From a virus, in IMG/VR virus record IMGVR_UViG_3300044633_000521: 64,000 nt of DNA, one strand, 5' to 3'. A model generated the notes under the pieces. That model had not been told where the DNA came from. It did no database searches and was given only the letters and a program-made list of their open reading frames with translations. Position numbers and translations under genes: made by a program. This document shows positions 48,659 to 58,366 of this stretch, piece by piece. The first letter of the stretch is position 1; the number at the start of each line of letters is the position of its first letter.

Positions 48659-49841
48659 AGTAGATGGCGCAAAGAAAAAAGCTAAAACAGCAACACGTGA
48701 TCCTATTTTTGCTGATGAGAAAGCGATGGGCGGTGAACCAGTTTGGGATACTGAGCGTGCTCTTAAAATGGATGAAGCAGATTTTGACCATCATATGCGC
48801 GAAAGTCTGCGCTATTATAACTATTTCTATTCTAGCAAAGAACTTAAAAAGTATTTGGTAGATTGGTTAAAACAAACAGCGGGTATTGCCCATAAACTAG
48901 ATGCGGCAACTATTACACGCTTTGCTAAAAGCACAGACGGGTATACTCCATTAACTGCTCCTGCACTAATTAAAGCACACACTAAAGGTATGCCGTTGTT
49001 GGCCAGACACATCAAATACATCGTTGATACGGTACATAAAACACTAGCGTTAGATGACGCAGATGAAAAAGTAGTTGAGGAAGTAGCCGATAAAACTAAA
49101 CCAGCTGTTAAAGTTATTACAATTCAAGACCGTATGAATGATATCATGAAGACTCATATCCTACACTTTGAAGAACTTGAAGATAAACTATACGAGGGTG
49201 AAACAATTGACCCTAAAGCATACGATTATCTAAGCGGTAAAAGCGTACCACAGGCAATGCTGGGTAAAATACAGGCTGTGTTTGAACGCCGGTATGCTGA
49301 AATTACAGAAGCCAAAACAACTAAAGACGAAGATCTTAAAGATGCTTATGCTTATATGAAAACAGCAGATTGGAAACGCTATGATGCGTTTTATACAAAA
49401 CTGTTTGAGGGACTAACACAGTACGGACAAGTTAAGAAGGCAACTAAGAAAGCGGCAGTACGTAAGCCGCCACAAAAAGAGAAATTAGTCGCTAAACTTA
49501 AGTATCTTAAAAATGACCCTACTACTAAATTAGTAAGTATTAGCCCAGTTGATATCATCGGCGCACAAGAGCTTTGGGTATATAATACCAAGACACGCAA
49601 ACTAGGCAAGTACGTGGCGGAAGCAATGGGTGGAGCACTAGGCGTTAAAGGTACTGCTATAACAGGTTTTAACGAGTCTACAAGCGTACAAAAAACTTTA
49701 CGTAAGCCAGAGCTACAGTTAAAAGAGTTTATGGCCGCAGGAAAGATCCAATTACGTAAGTTCTTAGATGATATCAAAGCAACTGATATTAAATTAAACG
49801 GACGTATCAATCAAGACACTATCTTACTCAGAGTAGCATAA
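48648..49841 (+). CDS. Hypothetical protein, basic C-terminal domain
   Basis: 397-aa ORF with AAGGA SD; no motif recognised. Confidence 0.7.
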   Translation: MAIKVDGAKKKAKTATRDPIFADEKAMGGEPVWDTERALKMDEADFDHHMRESLRYYNYFYSSKELKKYLVDWLKQTAGIAHKLDAATITRFAKSTDGYTPLTAPALIKAHTKGMPLLARHIKYIVDTVHKTLALDDADEKVVEEVADKTKPAVKVITIQDRMNDIMKTHILHFEELEDKLYEGETIDPKAYDYLSGKSVPQAMLGKIQAVFERRYAEITEAKTTKDEDLKDAYAYMKTADWKRYDAFYTKLFEGLTQYGQVKKATKKAAVRKPPQKEKLVAKLKYLKNDPTTKLVSISPVDIIGAQELWVYNTKTRKLGKYVAEAMGGALGVKGTAITGFNESTSVQKTLRKPELQLKEFMAAGKIQLRKFLDDIKATDIKLNGRINQDTILLRVA

Positions 49842-49890
49842 ACCTAATATTATCCTGTTGTTGGACATAAATACACAATAATAGGATAAT

Positions 49891-50811
49891 ATGATGGCCG
49901 ACTTACCAGCAAATGTAACAGCAACAACTGATTTAACATCTCATCTCAGTCTAACTACTAAATCTTTATTTGACCCAGTCGCAGGTACAGGTGCTGGCCA
50001 TATCGCGTTTGATCAAAATTTACAAGATCAGCTTGAGACAGTAGCTAAACAACGGAACGATATCATTGACTATATTCGCTTTAGATTGGGTGATGGTATG
50101 GTTGATGTTGAAGCAGACAAAGAGCACTTTGATATGGGGATTACCCAGGCATTATTGCGCTATCGTCAGAAGAGTTCTAACTCAGTAGAAGAAAGTTACG
50201 CTTTCTTAGATGTCTATCCTGAAACGCAAGAATATATTCTTCCTAAAGAAATTATGAATGTACGTGCTATGTACCGTCGTGGTATTGGATCAGTTACAGG
50301 CACGACTGCTAGTCAGTTTGAACCATTTGCTAGTGGGTATCTAAACACTTATATGCTAGTAGCAGGTCGTGTTGGTGGTTTGGTGAACTACGAATTATTT
50401 GTAGACTATCAAAAGCTAGCTATGCGTATGTTTGGTGGATTTATTCAGTTTTCATTTAATCGCACTACTAAAAAATTAGTACTAACTCGTAAAATTCCAA
50501 ATTTTGGACAAAACTATAATGAAAATATCAGTGAAAGCGTTCTACTACATGTAGATAACTATAAACCCGATATTATGTTGTTTAATGACACACACGCATT
50601 GCCTTGGATCCAAGACTACGCTCTAGCATTTGTCATGATTAGTATCGGTAATGCTCGCGAAAAGTTTGCGCAAATTGCTGGCCCACAAGGAGGTACCACT
50701 CTAAATGGTACACAACTTAAAACAGAAGGCGCTGCCTTGTTAGAGCGATTAGATGAAGACGTTAAAAATTATGCTGATGGGGGAACACCCTTAACCTGGT
50801 TTATGGGCTAG
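49891..50811 (+). CDS. Neck protein, gp13-like
   Basis: YIRFRLG..MVDVE, WIQDYALA, KFAQIAGPQGGTTLNG. Confidence 0.8.
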   Translation: MMADLPANVTATTDLTSHLSLTTKSLFDPVAGTGAGHIAFDQNLQDQLETVAKQRNDIIDYIRFRLGDGMVDVEADKEHFDMGITQALLRYRQKSSNSVEESYAFLDVYPETQEYILPKEIMNVRAMYRRGIGSVTGTTASQFEPFASGYLNTYMLVAGRVGGLVNYELFVDYQKLAMRMFGGFIQFSFNRTTKKLVLTRKIPNFGQNYNENISESVLLHVDNYKPDIMLFNDTHALPWIQDYALAFVMISIGNAREKFAQIAGPQGGTTLNGTQLKTEGAALLERLDEDVKNYADGGTPLTWFMG

Positions 50812-50818
50812 TGATGGC

Positions 50819-52081
50819 ATGACTACGCATGTCATAGATTTGTATGAGCTATTTTCGGGGTTATACCAGCCTAATTTAGATATAGGTATAGATTCAATAT
50901 TTGATAATTATAGAGCAAATCAAACTTCTCAGCCCGATCGTGTAGTCTTATTATGGCATCATGATTTTAATACAGAATTTTTTTACACTGTTCCGTATAC
51001 GTTAGAAAAATTTACAATTAAATTTGCTTCTATTGGCATCACAGATTTAATCTTTACTGTTAGTGACTTGGCGAAAGATTTTAGATCAGAGCTAAGTGCT
51101 TACAATGTAATATATCTCAGCAGTGTCATCTCAATGATAGATTATTACAATCCAATTATACCGACACCCAATCGAATCGAATACAAAAATAAATTTTTAT
51201 TTCTACCCGGTAAGTTAGATAAATTTAACAGGATAGGATTGTTGTCAGAACTGTATAAACATAATCTAATAGATGATAGATACGGTGAAATAAAAATTTC
51301 TACGCAACAACTATCATTGGACCTTGCTTTGTTTGTTGCGGCAGACATTGACTTTAACAAATTCATAAATCATCTAACTTCTTTTAAATCGACCGAATAT
51401 TTAGACAAGAAGTTTTCATATTTTGATTTAGCTGTTGATCTTCATAAAAAGACTAAATTTAGTTTAATTGCTGAAACTGAATTTAATACTAATAACAAAC
51501 AATTTATTTCAGAAAAAACATTTAAGGCTATAGTTAATAAGCATCCGTTTGTGTTAGCTGCCAATGTTGGTGTGCTATCGACACTTAAAAAAATGGGATT
51601 TAGGACTTTTGAAAATTACTTGCCTGTATCGGATTATGATTCAATAACTGATCCTAATCTAAGATTAACAGCTATTGTAAAAAATGTCCAAGGCATATTA
51701 GATATGTCTGATGACGAATTTTTACCGCTTAAACAAGACGCAGAGCATAACTTTAATATATTCGCAGAATTGGTACTTAATAATCGAGCAGAGCTAGCGG
51801 CAACAATTAATGAAACGAATATTAGTACTTTGCTAGATAATAAATCTATAATAGAACTTTTACATAGCAAAGCATTATATTACTACAACAATTTAGATAA
51901 GCTACAGACTCTAATAGAAAAAAATAATCAAACCCACCGTATCTATGATGATATGATCAACTGGCGAATATTTTATTCTTCGGTAAAAGGAGAAAACTGG
52001 CCAAAGTTTTGTGAACAAGATAAAATCAACACATTACCAGAATGGATTCAAAAAGAAATAAAAGAATTCCAAAATAGCTAG
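50819..52081 (+). CDS. Putative glycosyltransferase-like protein (GT-B, GT10-like C-terminal motif)
   Basis: SLIAETE...FISEKTFKAI...PF...LKKMGFRTF resembles the E-N/T...SEK donor-binding motif. Confidence 0.5.
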   Translation: MTTHVIDLYELFSGLYQPNLDIGIDSIFDNYRANQTSQPDRVVLLWHHDFNTEFFYTVPYTLEKFTIKFASIGITDLIFTVSDLAKDFRSELSAYNVIYLSSVISMIDYYNPIIPTPNRIEYKNKFLFLPGKLDKFNRIGLLSELYKHNLIDDRYGEIKISTQQLSLDLALFVAADIDFNKFINHLTSFKSTEYLDKKFSYFDLAVDLHKKTKFSLIAETEFNTNNKQFISEKTFKAIVNKHPFVLAANVGVLSTLKKMGFRTFENYLPVSDYDSITDPNLRLTAIVKNVQGILDMSDDEFLPLKQDAEHNFNIFAELVLNNRAELAATINETNISTLLDNKSIIELLHSKALYYYNNLDKLQTLIEKNNQTHRIYDDMINWRIFYSSVKGENWPKFCEQDKINTLPEWIQKEIKEFQNS

Positions 52082-52107
52082 ACTTTGTGATATTTTTGTA
52101 ATAAAAT
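52079..52107 (+). promoter_or_regulatory. Sigma70-type promoter for dNMP kinase
   Basis: TAGACT, 17 bp, TAAAAT. Confidence 0.65.
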
Positions 52108-52130
52108 ATACATATCAATTAGGAGTTTTT

Positions 52131-52793
52131 ATGAGTTCTATCATCGCTATCTGCGGCTTTATGGGATCTGGCAAAGATACTATAGCCGATTATCTAGTTA
52201 ATTTCCACGGTTACAAACGCGAGAGCTTTGCTAACAGCCTCAAAGATGCTATAAGTGTGATATTTGGATGGGACCGTGAGCTATTAGAAGGCCGTACTAA
52301 ACAATCTAGAGAATGGCGAGAAACTCGAGACGAGTGGTGGAGTGCTCGCTTAAAGCAAGACATCACACCGCGATATATTTTACAATATTGGGGCACAGAA
52401 GTAGTACGTAGGGGCTTCCACAATGATATGTGGGTAGCGAGCTTAGAAAATAGGCTACTTAACAGCAAAGACGATATTGTTATTACTGACTGCCGTTTTC
52501 CAAATGAAATTAAAGCCCTTAAAAACATTGGTGCTAAGGTGCTTAGAGTCAAACGTGGAGTAGAACCCGAATGGTATGAGCATGCTAAGAACTATAATAA
52601 AGGAATGAAGCGTATTGGCTGGGCAATAGGCAAGGATGTATTAGAAAAAGCTAATGTTCATGCCAGCGAGTACAGTTGGGTGGGCAGTAAGTTTGATCGA
52701 GTTATTGAAAATGATGGAACCATCGAAGAGTTGTATGCGCAGGTAGAAGCACTATTAAAAGTCGGGAACGAGGTCGCCCTGGCGCCAGCCTAG
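52131..52793 (+). CDS. Deoxynucleoside monophosphate kinase (T4 gp1-like)
   Basis: GFMGSGKDT, SFANSLKD, TPR..LQ..GTE, ITDCRFPNE, HASE. Confidence 0.92.
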   Translation: MSSIIAICGFMGSGKDTIADYLVNFHGYKRESFANSLKDAISVIFGWDRELLEGRTKQSREWRETRDEWWSARLKQDITPRYILQYWGTEVVRRGFHNDMWVASLENRLLNSKDDIVITDCRFPNEIKALKNIGAKVLRVKRGVEPEWYEHAKNYNKGMKRIGWAIGKDVLEKANVHASEYSWVGSKFDRVIENDGTIEELYAQVEALLKVGNEVALAPA

Positions 52794-53105
52794 CCCGTCA
52801 CGAGCTACTTCGTATTGGCAGTTGGCACATATTGTTCTTAAATTGGATAGACTATTATTGTTAAGATTACCATCAGTGTAGTAAACAAATAGTTGCTCTT
52901 TATATTTTGCCTTAAAGCCGCACTTTTCACAGTGCGGTTTCTTTTTGTAACCTGCCTTGTGCCAACTTGGCACAGGTGCGGCTTTATTTTTCTTTTTACG
53001 TATACAACTGTCACAACGAGTCCTATAATAGGTTACGCCTTCACGTTTATAGTTGATCGCTGCGGGTTTTTTGCCGCAAACCTCACATAATTTTCGCCAT
53101 TGCAT
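52755..53105 (-). CDS. Zinc-finger HNH-fold protein with degenerate active site
   Basis: Four CxxC pairs; VYYTDGNLNNNSLSNLRTICANCQ. Confidence 0.7.
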   Translation of the reverse strand: MQWRKLCEVCGKKPAAINYKREGVTYYRTRCDSCIRKKKNKAAPVPSWHKAGYKKKPHCEKCGFKAKYKEQLFVYYTDGNLNNNSLSNLRTICANCQYEVARDGLGWRQGDLVPDF

Positions 53106-53205
53106 ACATCTATTTAGTTGAACCTTTTAAAGGGCACCTAACAGCACCGATTTTGATAATATAAAATAAATAGTTTAAAGTATTATTATAAAAGGATACT
53201 ATACT

Positions 53206-56200
53206 ATGGCACTAATTTCCCCAGGCGTACAAGTTACAGTTACTGACGAAAGTCAATACCAACCAACTGCAGCTGGTACTATACCTTTAATTCTTCTTGC
53301 AACAGCGCAAGACAAATTTAATCCCAGTGGCACACTAGCCACGGGCACTACAACAGTTAACTCTGATAAATTAATTACTATTACAAGTCAACGAGAACTT
53401 ATTAGTACATTTGGTTACCCATCATTCCAATTAGATGCGAATGGCAACCCAATCAATGCTAGTGAACTTAACGAATATGGTTTATTGGCCGCTTACAGCG
53501 CATTGGGCGTGGCCAATCGTGTTTATGTACAACGTGCTAATGTTGATTTAAATCAACTAACAGGCACAAGCGTTCGTCCAACAGGAGAACCATCTGATGG
53601 AGTTTATTGGTTAGATCAATCATTAACTACACTAGGTCTATTTGAATTCGATGCGTCGACTGGCGGATTTACAAATACTACAGTTACACCTATTACTGAT
53701 ACAGCATACTTGTCAGGGGCAACACCAATTAGTTCATACGGTGCTATTGGCGACTACGCTATTAATAGTACAGACGGAACAAATCCTTTATACTATAAAC
53801 GATACGACAATACATGGACACTAGTTGGTTCTGCTCCATGGCAGTTGTCTCAATCAACAATTACAGGTACTAGTATCCCTAGTGGTGGTACTGCGTTACA
53901 AATTGGTGACGCTTTGTGGATTAATAATGCTCAGGTTGCTATTTCAGGTACAACAGTAGCAGATGTAGCCGCAGATATTACAGCCGCACACATTAAAGGT
54001 GTTATTGCTACAGTTGATGCTGCTGGTTACTTAGAAATTCGTGCTAATGCGGCTGCTATTACTACAGGTAACGTTTCAGCTACACCTGATGGTAATGTTC
54101 GTATTAAATCAGATTTAACTTCCGATTGTGCTGTTAAATTGGGATTGTTTACTACTGCTGAAGTTACTGCTAATATTCACATATCAGGTAAAACTATAGC
54201 AACACCAACAATCCAATATGGCGATTATCGCGATACACCAGCATGGTTAGCTACAGATGCTTTACCAAGACCAACTGGTAGTGTATGGTTTAAAACAACG
54301 GCAATTGGCAACGGCGCCAATTGGGCATTTAAACAATACAATTCTTCTGCTTCTGCGTTCGGTTCAGTTAGTGCTCCGCTATACGCAAATGATAACGCTG
54401 CTATATTAGGACTAGATCCAACAGGTGGCGGCACACAAATTTCAGTAGGTGCTGTGTATGTAAGATACGACACAGCAGAGAACAACACAGCTAAATTTAC
54501 AGCCTATGTAAAAGACGTGGCCGGTTTACTAAAAATTACAGGTACAGCTACTAGCCCAACATTTAACGCTAGTCATGATCTTACTATTGAAGTTTCGGTT
54601 CCGGGTACAGTATCAACATCAAGTGCTACTATCAATTTAAGCGGTACTACAGCACAGAGTTTAGTGGCAGATATTTTAGCCGCTAATTTGCCTAATCTAG
54701 TAGCTAACGTAGAGTCGACTGGCGCAATTAGTTTAACACACCTAGCTGGTGGTACTATTCGACTTACTGATGTTGGCTCAGGAACTACCGTAGCTACTGC
54801 TGGTTGGAATAATGACAGTAATGTTACACTAGTTGGCACTAAAGAATATTTGGCAAGCCCATTTATTCCACTAACCTACACATTCTCTTCATCTGCTCCA
54901 TATAGCGACCCAAACAATGGTACATTATGGTATTATAATGATGCTACAGAAGTAGATATTATGATTAATGATGGCGCAGGATGGAAAGGATATAGCACAG
55001 TAAATAACGATGCTCGTGGTTATGATCTAACTGCTACTGACTCAGCAGGTCCTATTATTAGTACTTCTGCTCCTACAGTACAAAGTAATGGTAATCCGAT
55101 TGTTGCTGGTGACTTGTGGATTGATACAAGTAACCTATTTGCTTTCCCTGTAATTTATCGCTATGATGGCGCGGAATGGAATCTAGTTGATAACACAGAT
55201 CAAATTAGTTCAAACGGAATTACATTTGCTGATGTTCGTTGGGGTGTTGATGGAACAGAAGATCCGATCGTTGATACTTTACCACTAATTTCAGATTTAC
55301 TAAATTCATCTTACATCGACAGTGATGCTCCTGATTACGCATTATCACCACGTGGCGGCCTATTGTTTAATACACGTCGTAGCGGTTTCAATGTTAAACG
55401 TTTCGAGGGTAATTACTTAACAGACCACGCAAGTGTTGGCGCTAATTTTGTAGCGGCTACTTGGGTAACTCATAGTGGTGTTAATACTACTACAGGTGTT
55501 CCGTACTTTGGCGGATTTGCTCAACGTAATACAGTAGTCGAAGCATTAAAAGCGTCAGTTGAATCAAGTACAAATGTACGTGAAGAGCGTGTCGAATTTA
55601 ACTTAATTTGTGCTCCGGGTTACCCAGAACTAATTCAAAACATGATTACTTTAAATAACGATCGTAAACAAACAGCATTTGTTATTGGTGATAGTCCAAT
55701 GACGTTACAAAGTAACTCGACAGAAATCACTAATTGGGCCACTAATGCCGGCTTAGCTGCTGAAAATGGTTTATTTGGTCTTGTAAGTCGTAGCGAATAC
55801 TTGGGTGTTTACTACCCAAGTGGTTTAGCTACTAACTTAGACGGCAACAGCGTAGTTGTTCCTCCAAGCCACGCAATGTTACGTGCTATTATCCGTAGCG
55901 ACAATCAAAGCTATCCGTGGTTTGCTCCAGCAGGTGTGCGTCGTGGCGTATTGGATAATATTACAGCTATTGGTTATGTAGATGTTCTTGATAACTTTAC
56001 ATTTAAGAGCATTGGCGTAACAGTAGGCCTGCGTGATACATTGTATGAAAACAATGTTAACCCGTTAACAGTATTACCAGGTGTTGGTTTAGTGGCATAC
56101 GGTCAAAAAACACGTGCTAGTTCAACTACTGCGTTAGATCGTATTAACGTAGCCCGTTTAGTTTGTTATTTACGTCTAGTGCTTGATAAAACTGCTCGTC

Positions 56201-56457
56201 CGTATATATTTGAACCAAATGACACGATTACACGTAATCAAGTTAAATCATCATTCGAAGCAGTGTTAAATGACTTAGTTGCTAAACGTGGTATCTACGA
56301 CTACGTAGTGCAATGTGATGAAACAAACAACACACCAGATCGTATCGATCGTAATGAGTTGTATGTTGATATTGCTATTGAACCAGTTAAAGCAATCGAA
56401 TTCATCTATATCCCAGTTCGCATTAAAGGTACTGGCGAGATAGCTGCTGGACTATAA
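53206..56457 (+). CDS. gp18: Tail sheath protein (enlarged)
   Basis: LISPGVQVTVTDES, PWFAPAG..RG, GQKT, DRINVARL, FEPND, P.KAIEFIYI. Confidence 0.95.
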   Translation: MALISPGVQVTVTDESQYQPTAAGTIPLILLATAQDKFNPSGTLATGTTTVNSDKLITITSQRELISTFGYPSFQLDANGNPINASELNEYGLLAAYSALGVANRVYVQRANVDLNQLTGTSVRPTGEPSDGVYWLDQSLTTLGLFEFDASTGGFTNTTVTPITDTAYLSGATPISSYGAIGDYAINSTDGTNPLYYKRYDNTWTLVGSAPWQLSQSTITGTSIPSGGTALQIGDALWINNAQVAISGTTVADVAADITAAHIKGVIATVDAAGYLEIRANAAAITTGNVSATPDGNVRIKSDLTSDCAVKLGLFTTAEVTANIHISGKTIATPTIQYGDYRDTPAWLATDALPRPTGSVWFKTTAIGNGANWAFKQYNSSASAFGSVSAPLYANDNAAILGLDPTGGGTQISVGAVYVRYDTAENNTAKFTAYVKDVAGLLKITGTATSPTFNASHDLTIEVSVPGTVSTSSATINLSGTTAQSLVADILAANLPNLVANVESTGAISLTHLAGGTIRLTDVGSGTTVATAGWNNDSNVTLVGTKEYLASPFIPLTYTFSSSAPYSDPNNGTLWYYNDATEVDIMINDGAGWKGYSTVNNDARGYDLTATDSAGPIISTSAPTVQSNGNPIVAGDLWIDTSNLFAFPVIYRYDGAEWNLVDNTDQISSNGITFADVRWGVDGTEDPIVDTLPLISDLLNSSYIDSDAPDYALSPRGGLLFNTRRSGFNVKRFEGNYLTDHASVGANFVAATWVTHSGVNTTTGVPYFGGFAQRNTVVEALKASVESSTNVREERVEFNLICAPGYPELIQNMITLNNDRKQTAFVIGDSPMTLQSNSTEITNWATNAGLAAENGLFGLVSRSEYLGVYYPSGLATNLDGNSVVVPPSHAMLRAIIRSDNQSYPWFAPAGVRRGVLDNITAIGYVDVLDNFTFKSIGVTVGLRDTLYENNVNPLTVLPGVGLVAYGQKTRASSTTALDRINVARLVCYLRLVLDKTARPYIFEPNDTITRNQVKSSFEAVLNDLVAKRGIYDYVVQCDETNNTPDRIDRNELYVDIAIEPVKAIEFIYIPVRIKGTGEIAAGL

Positions 56458-56529
56458 TCAATTAAGTACGCAGATAATGGCCACGCCATTATCTGCTAAA
56501 ATGGCTAAATATATAAAAGGAATAACAAA

Positions 56530-57171
56530 ATGGCAACAGCGTCATTAAATAAATTTACAGTACCGTTGAGTACAAACCAAAGCGCAAGCGCACAAGGTTT
56601 GTTGATGCCTAAACTTAAATTCCGCTTCCGCGTGACATTTGAGAGCTTTGGCGTTAGTTCACCGAGTACTGAACTAACAAAACAAGTTATGGATTTTAAA
56701 CGTCCAACACTAACATTTGATCCTATCGAGATCCCAATTTACAACAGCAGAGTTTACTATGCTGGTAAACCAACTTGGGAAACAGTTACTTGTCAACTAC
56801 GCGATGATGCAGGTGGCGAAGTTACTCGTCGTGTTGGCGAGCAACTACAAAAACAATTTGACTTTATGGAACAATCTAGCGCCGCTACTGGTGTTGACTA
56901 TAAATTCTTAACACGGTTTGAAGTATTAGACGGCGGCAACGGAGCAGATACTCCATTAACATTAGAAACGTGGGAAATGTACGGTTGTTTCTTGACTAGT
57001 GTTGATTATGCTAATGCTGAATATAGTTCAAACGACCCTATGACAATCCAACTAACTATTCGTTATGATAACGCAATCCAGTACAAAGAAGGCAAAGTAG
57101 ATGGCGTTGGCTTTGCGATAGGTCAAGAAGCTGTGAAATCAGTCAAAGGCGTAGGTTCTATTACTGGTTAA
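56530..57171 (+). CDS. gp19: Tail tube protein
   Basis: Follows sheath; YAGKPTWE.V, W.MYGCF, I.LTIRYD. Confidence 0.85.
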   Translation: MATASLNKFTVPLSTNQSASAQGLLMPKLKFRFRVTFESFGVSSPSTELTKQVMDFKRPTLTFDPIEIPIYNSRVYYAGKPTWETVTCQLRDDAGGEVTRRVGEQLQKQFDFMEQSSAATGVDYKFLTRFEVLDGGNGADTPLTLETWEMYGCFLTSVDYANAEYSSNDPMTIQLTIRYDNAIQYKEGKVDGVGFAIGQEAVKSVKGVGSITG

Positions 57172-57196
57172 TCCAGACGAAAAATATAATAATAGT

Positions 57197-57224
57197 AAAG
57201 CCCGGTTAAAACCCGGGCTTTTTT
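57197..57224 (+). terminator. Intrinsic terminator
   Basis: AAAGCCCGG-ttaaaac-CCGGGCTTTTTT. Confidence 0.88.
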
Positions 57225-57256
57225 ATCTCGATAAATAATATAAACAGGATTAATAT

Positions 57257-58357
57257 ATGGCTGGTTTTTTAAACCAATTCTTTCAAGGGGTAAGCACCGG
57301 GACTGATCTAAAAGATTATCAGCATGCAGCCCGTACCTTTGTTGATGGTTTGTATCGTTTGGGCCCAAAATCTGGGGCAATGTTCCATGTGTTCATTGAT
57401 GTTAACCCTCAAATTTACCAACAAGACAATGCCAATCCTAGTACATTGTATGAAATAGGACTACTAGCAAAAACAGCAACCTTGCCGAAATTTACAGTAC
57501 AGAATAAAGTACTAAATGCCTACAATAGAAAAAATATAATACAAGAAAGAATTACATACGATCCAATAACATTAACGTTTCATGATGATAGTAGTGATAT
57601 CGTTCGTAATTTTTGGTACGGCTATTATTCGTATTACTATAGAGACTCTGACCACTCAGAGGAATTATATCATCAAGCTCACAAATACACAACACGTCAG
57701 GCAACCTCGTGGGGATACACTCCGTTGGGTACGGATGCGCCAAATTATATAAACAGTATTAGAATTTACAGCCTACATCAAAAAAGTTTTAGTTCATATA
57801 TATTGATAAATCCTACTATTACAAGTTTTCAACATGGGCAACACCAACAAGGTGAATATAATACCCTAGAACATTCGATGTCATTGGCGTACGAAGCTGT
57901 ACAGTACGAGTACGGTCCAGTAACTGATGGCACAGTTAGAGGCTTTAATATGGGTCACTATGACAATAGTCCTAGTCCACTGACTGCTTTGGGTGGGGGT
58001 ACACAAAGTATACTAGGTCCCGGCGGCCTGGTTGAAGGGGTGGGCGGCATTCTTACTAATTTACAAAGTGGTAATTTTGCTACAGCAGCAGTAACAGCGG
58101 CTAGAATGGGTACAAATTTTAAAGGAGCAAATCTTAAAACTATTGCTACCCAAGAATTTAATCAATTAGCAAAAGATGTTATCCGTGGGCAAAATACACA
58201 AAGTACAATATTTGTACCAACTCAAGCATCAGCGCAAAACGGTAGATCTACATCAATTTATGGTATACCCAAGGCCGCTAGTGCCAATAAAGTACTTAAT
58301 ATGAATTCAGCGGATTCATTAATACCGTCGATTGGGTTAGGTAGAATAGATTTATAA
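57257..58357 (+). CDS. Tail-tube-fold protein (gp54/gp19 paralogue)
   Basis: LPKF...YNRK...YDPITLTFHDD...SLAYE pattern; late box at 57232. Confidence 0.6.
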   Translation: MAGFLNQFFQGVSTGTDLKDYQHAARTFVDGLYRLGPKSGAMFHVFIDVNPQIYQQDNANPSTLYEIGLLAKTATLPKFTVQNKVLNAYNRKNIIQERITYDPITLTFHDDSSDIVRNFWYGYYSYYYRDSDHSEELYHQAHKYTTRQATSWGYTPLGTDAPNYINSIRIYSLHQKSFSSYILINPTITSFQHGQHQQGEYNTLEHSMSLAYEAVQYEYGPVTDGTVRGFNMGHYDNSPSPLTALGGGTQSILGPGGLVEGVGGILTNLQSGNFATAAVTAARMGTNFKGANLKTIATQEFNQLAKDVIRGQNTQSTIFVPTQASAQNGRSTSIYGIPKAASANKVLNMNSADSLIPSIGLGRIDL

Positions 58358-58366
58358 GGATCAAAT

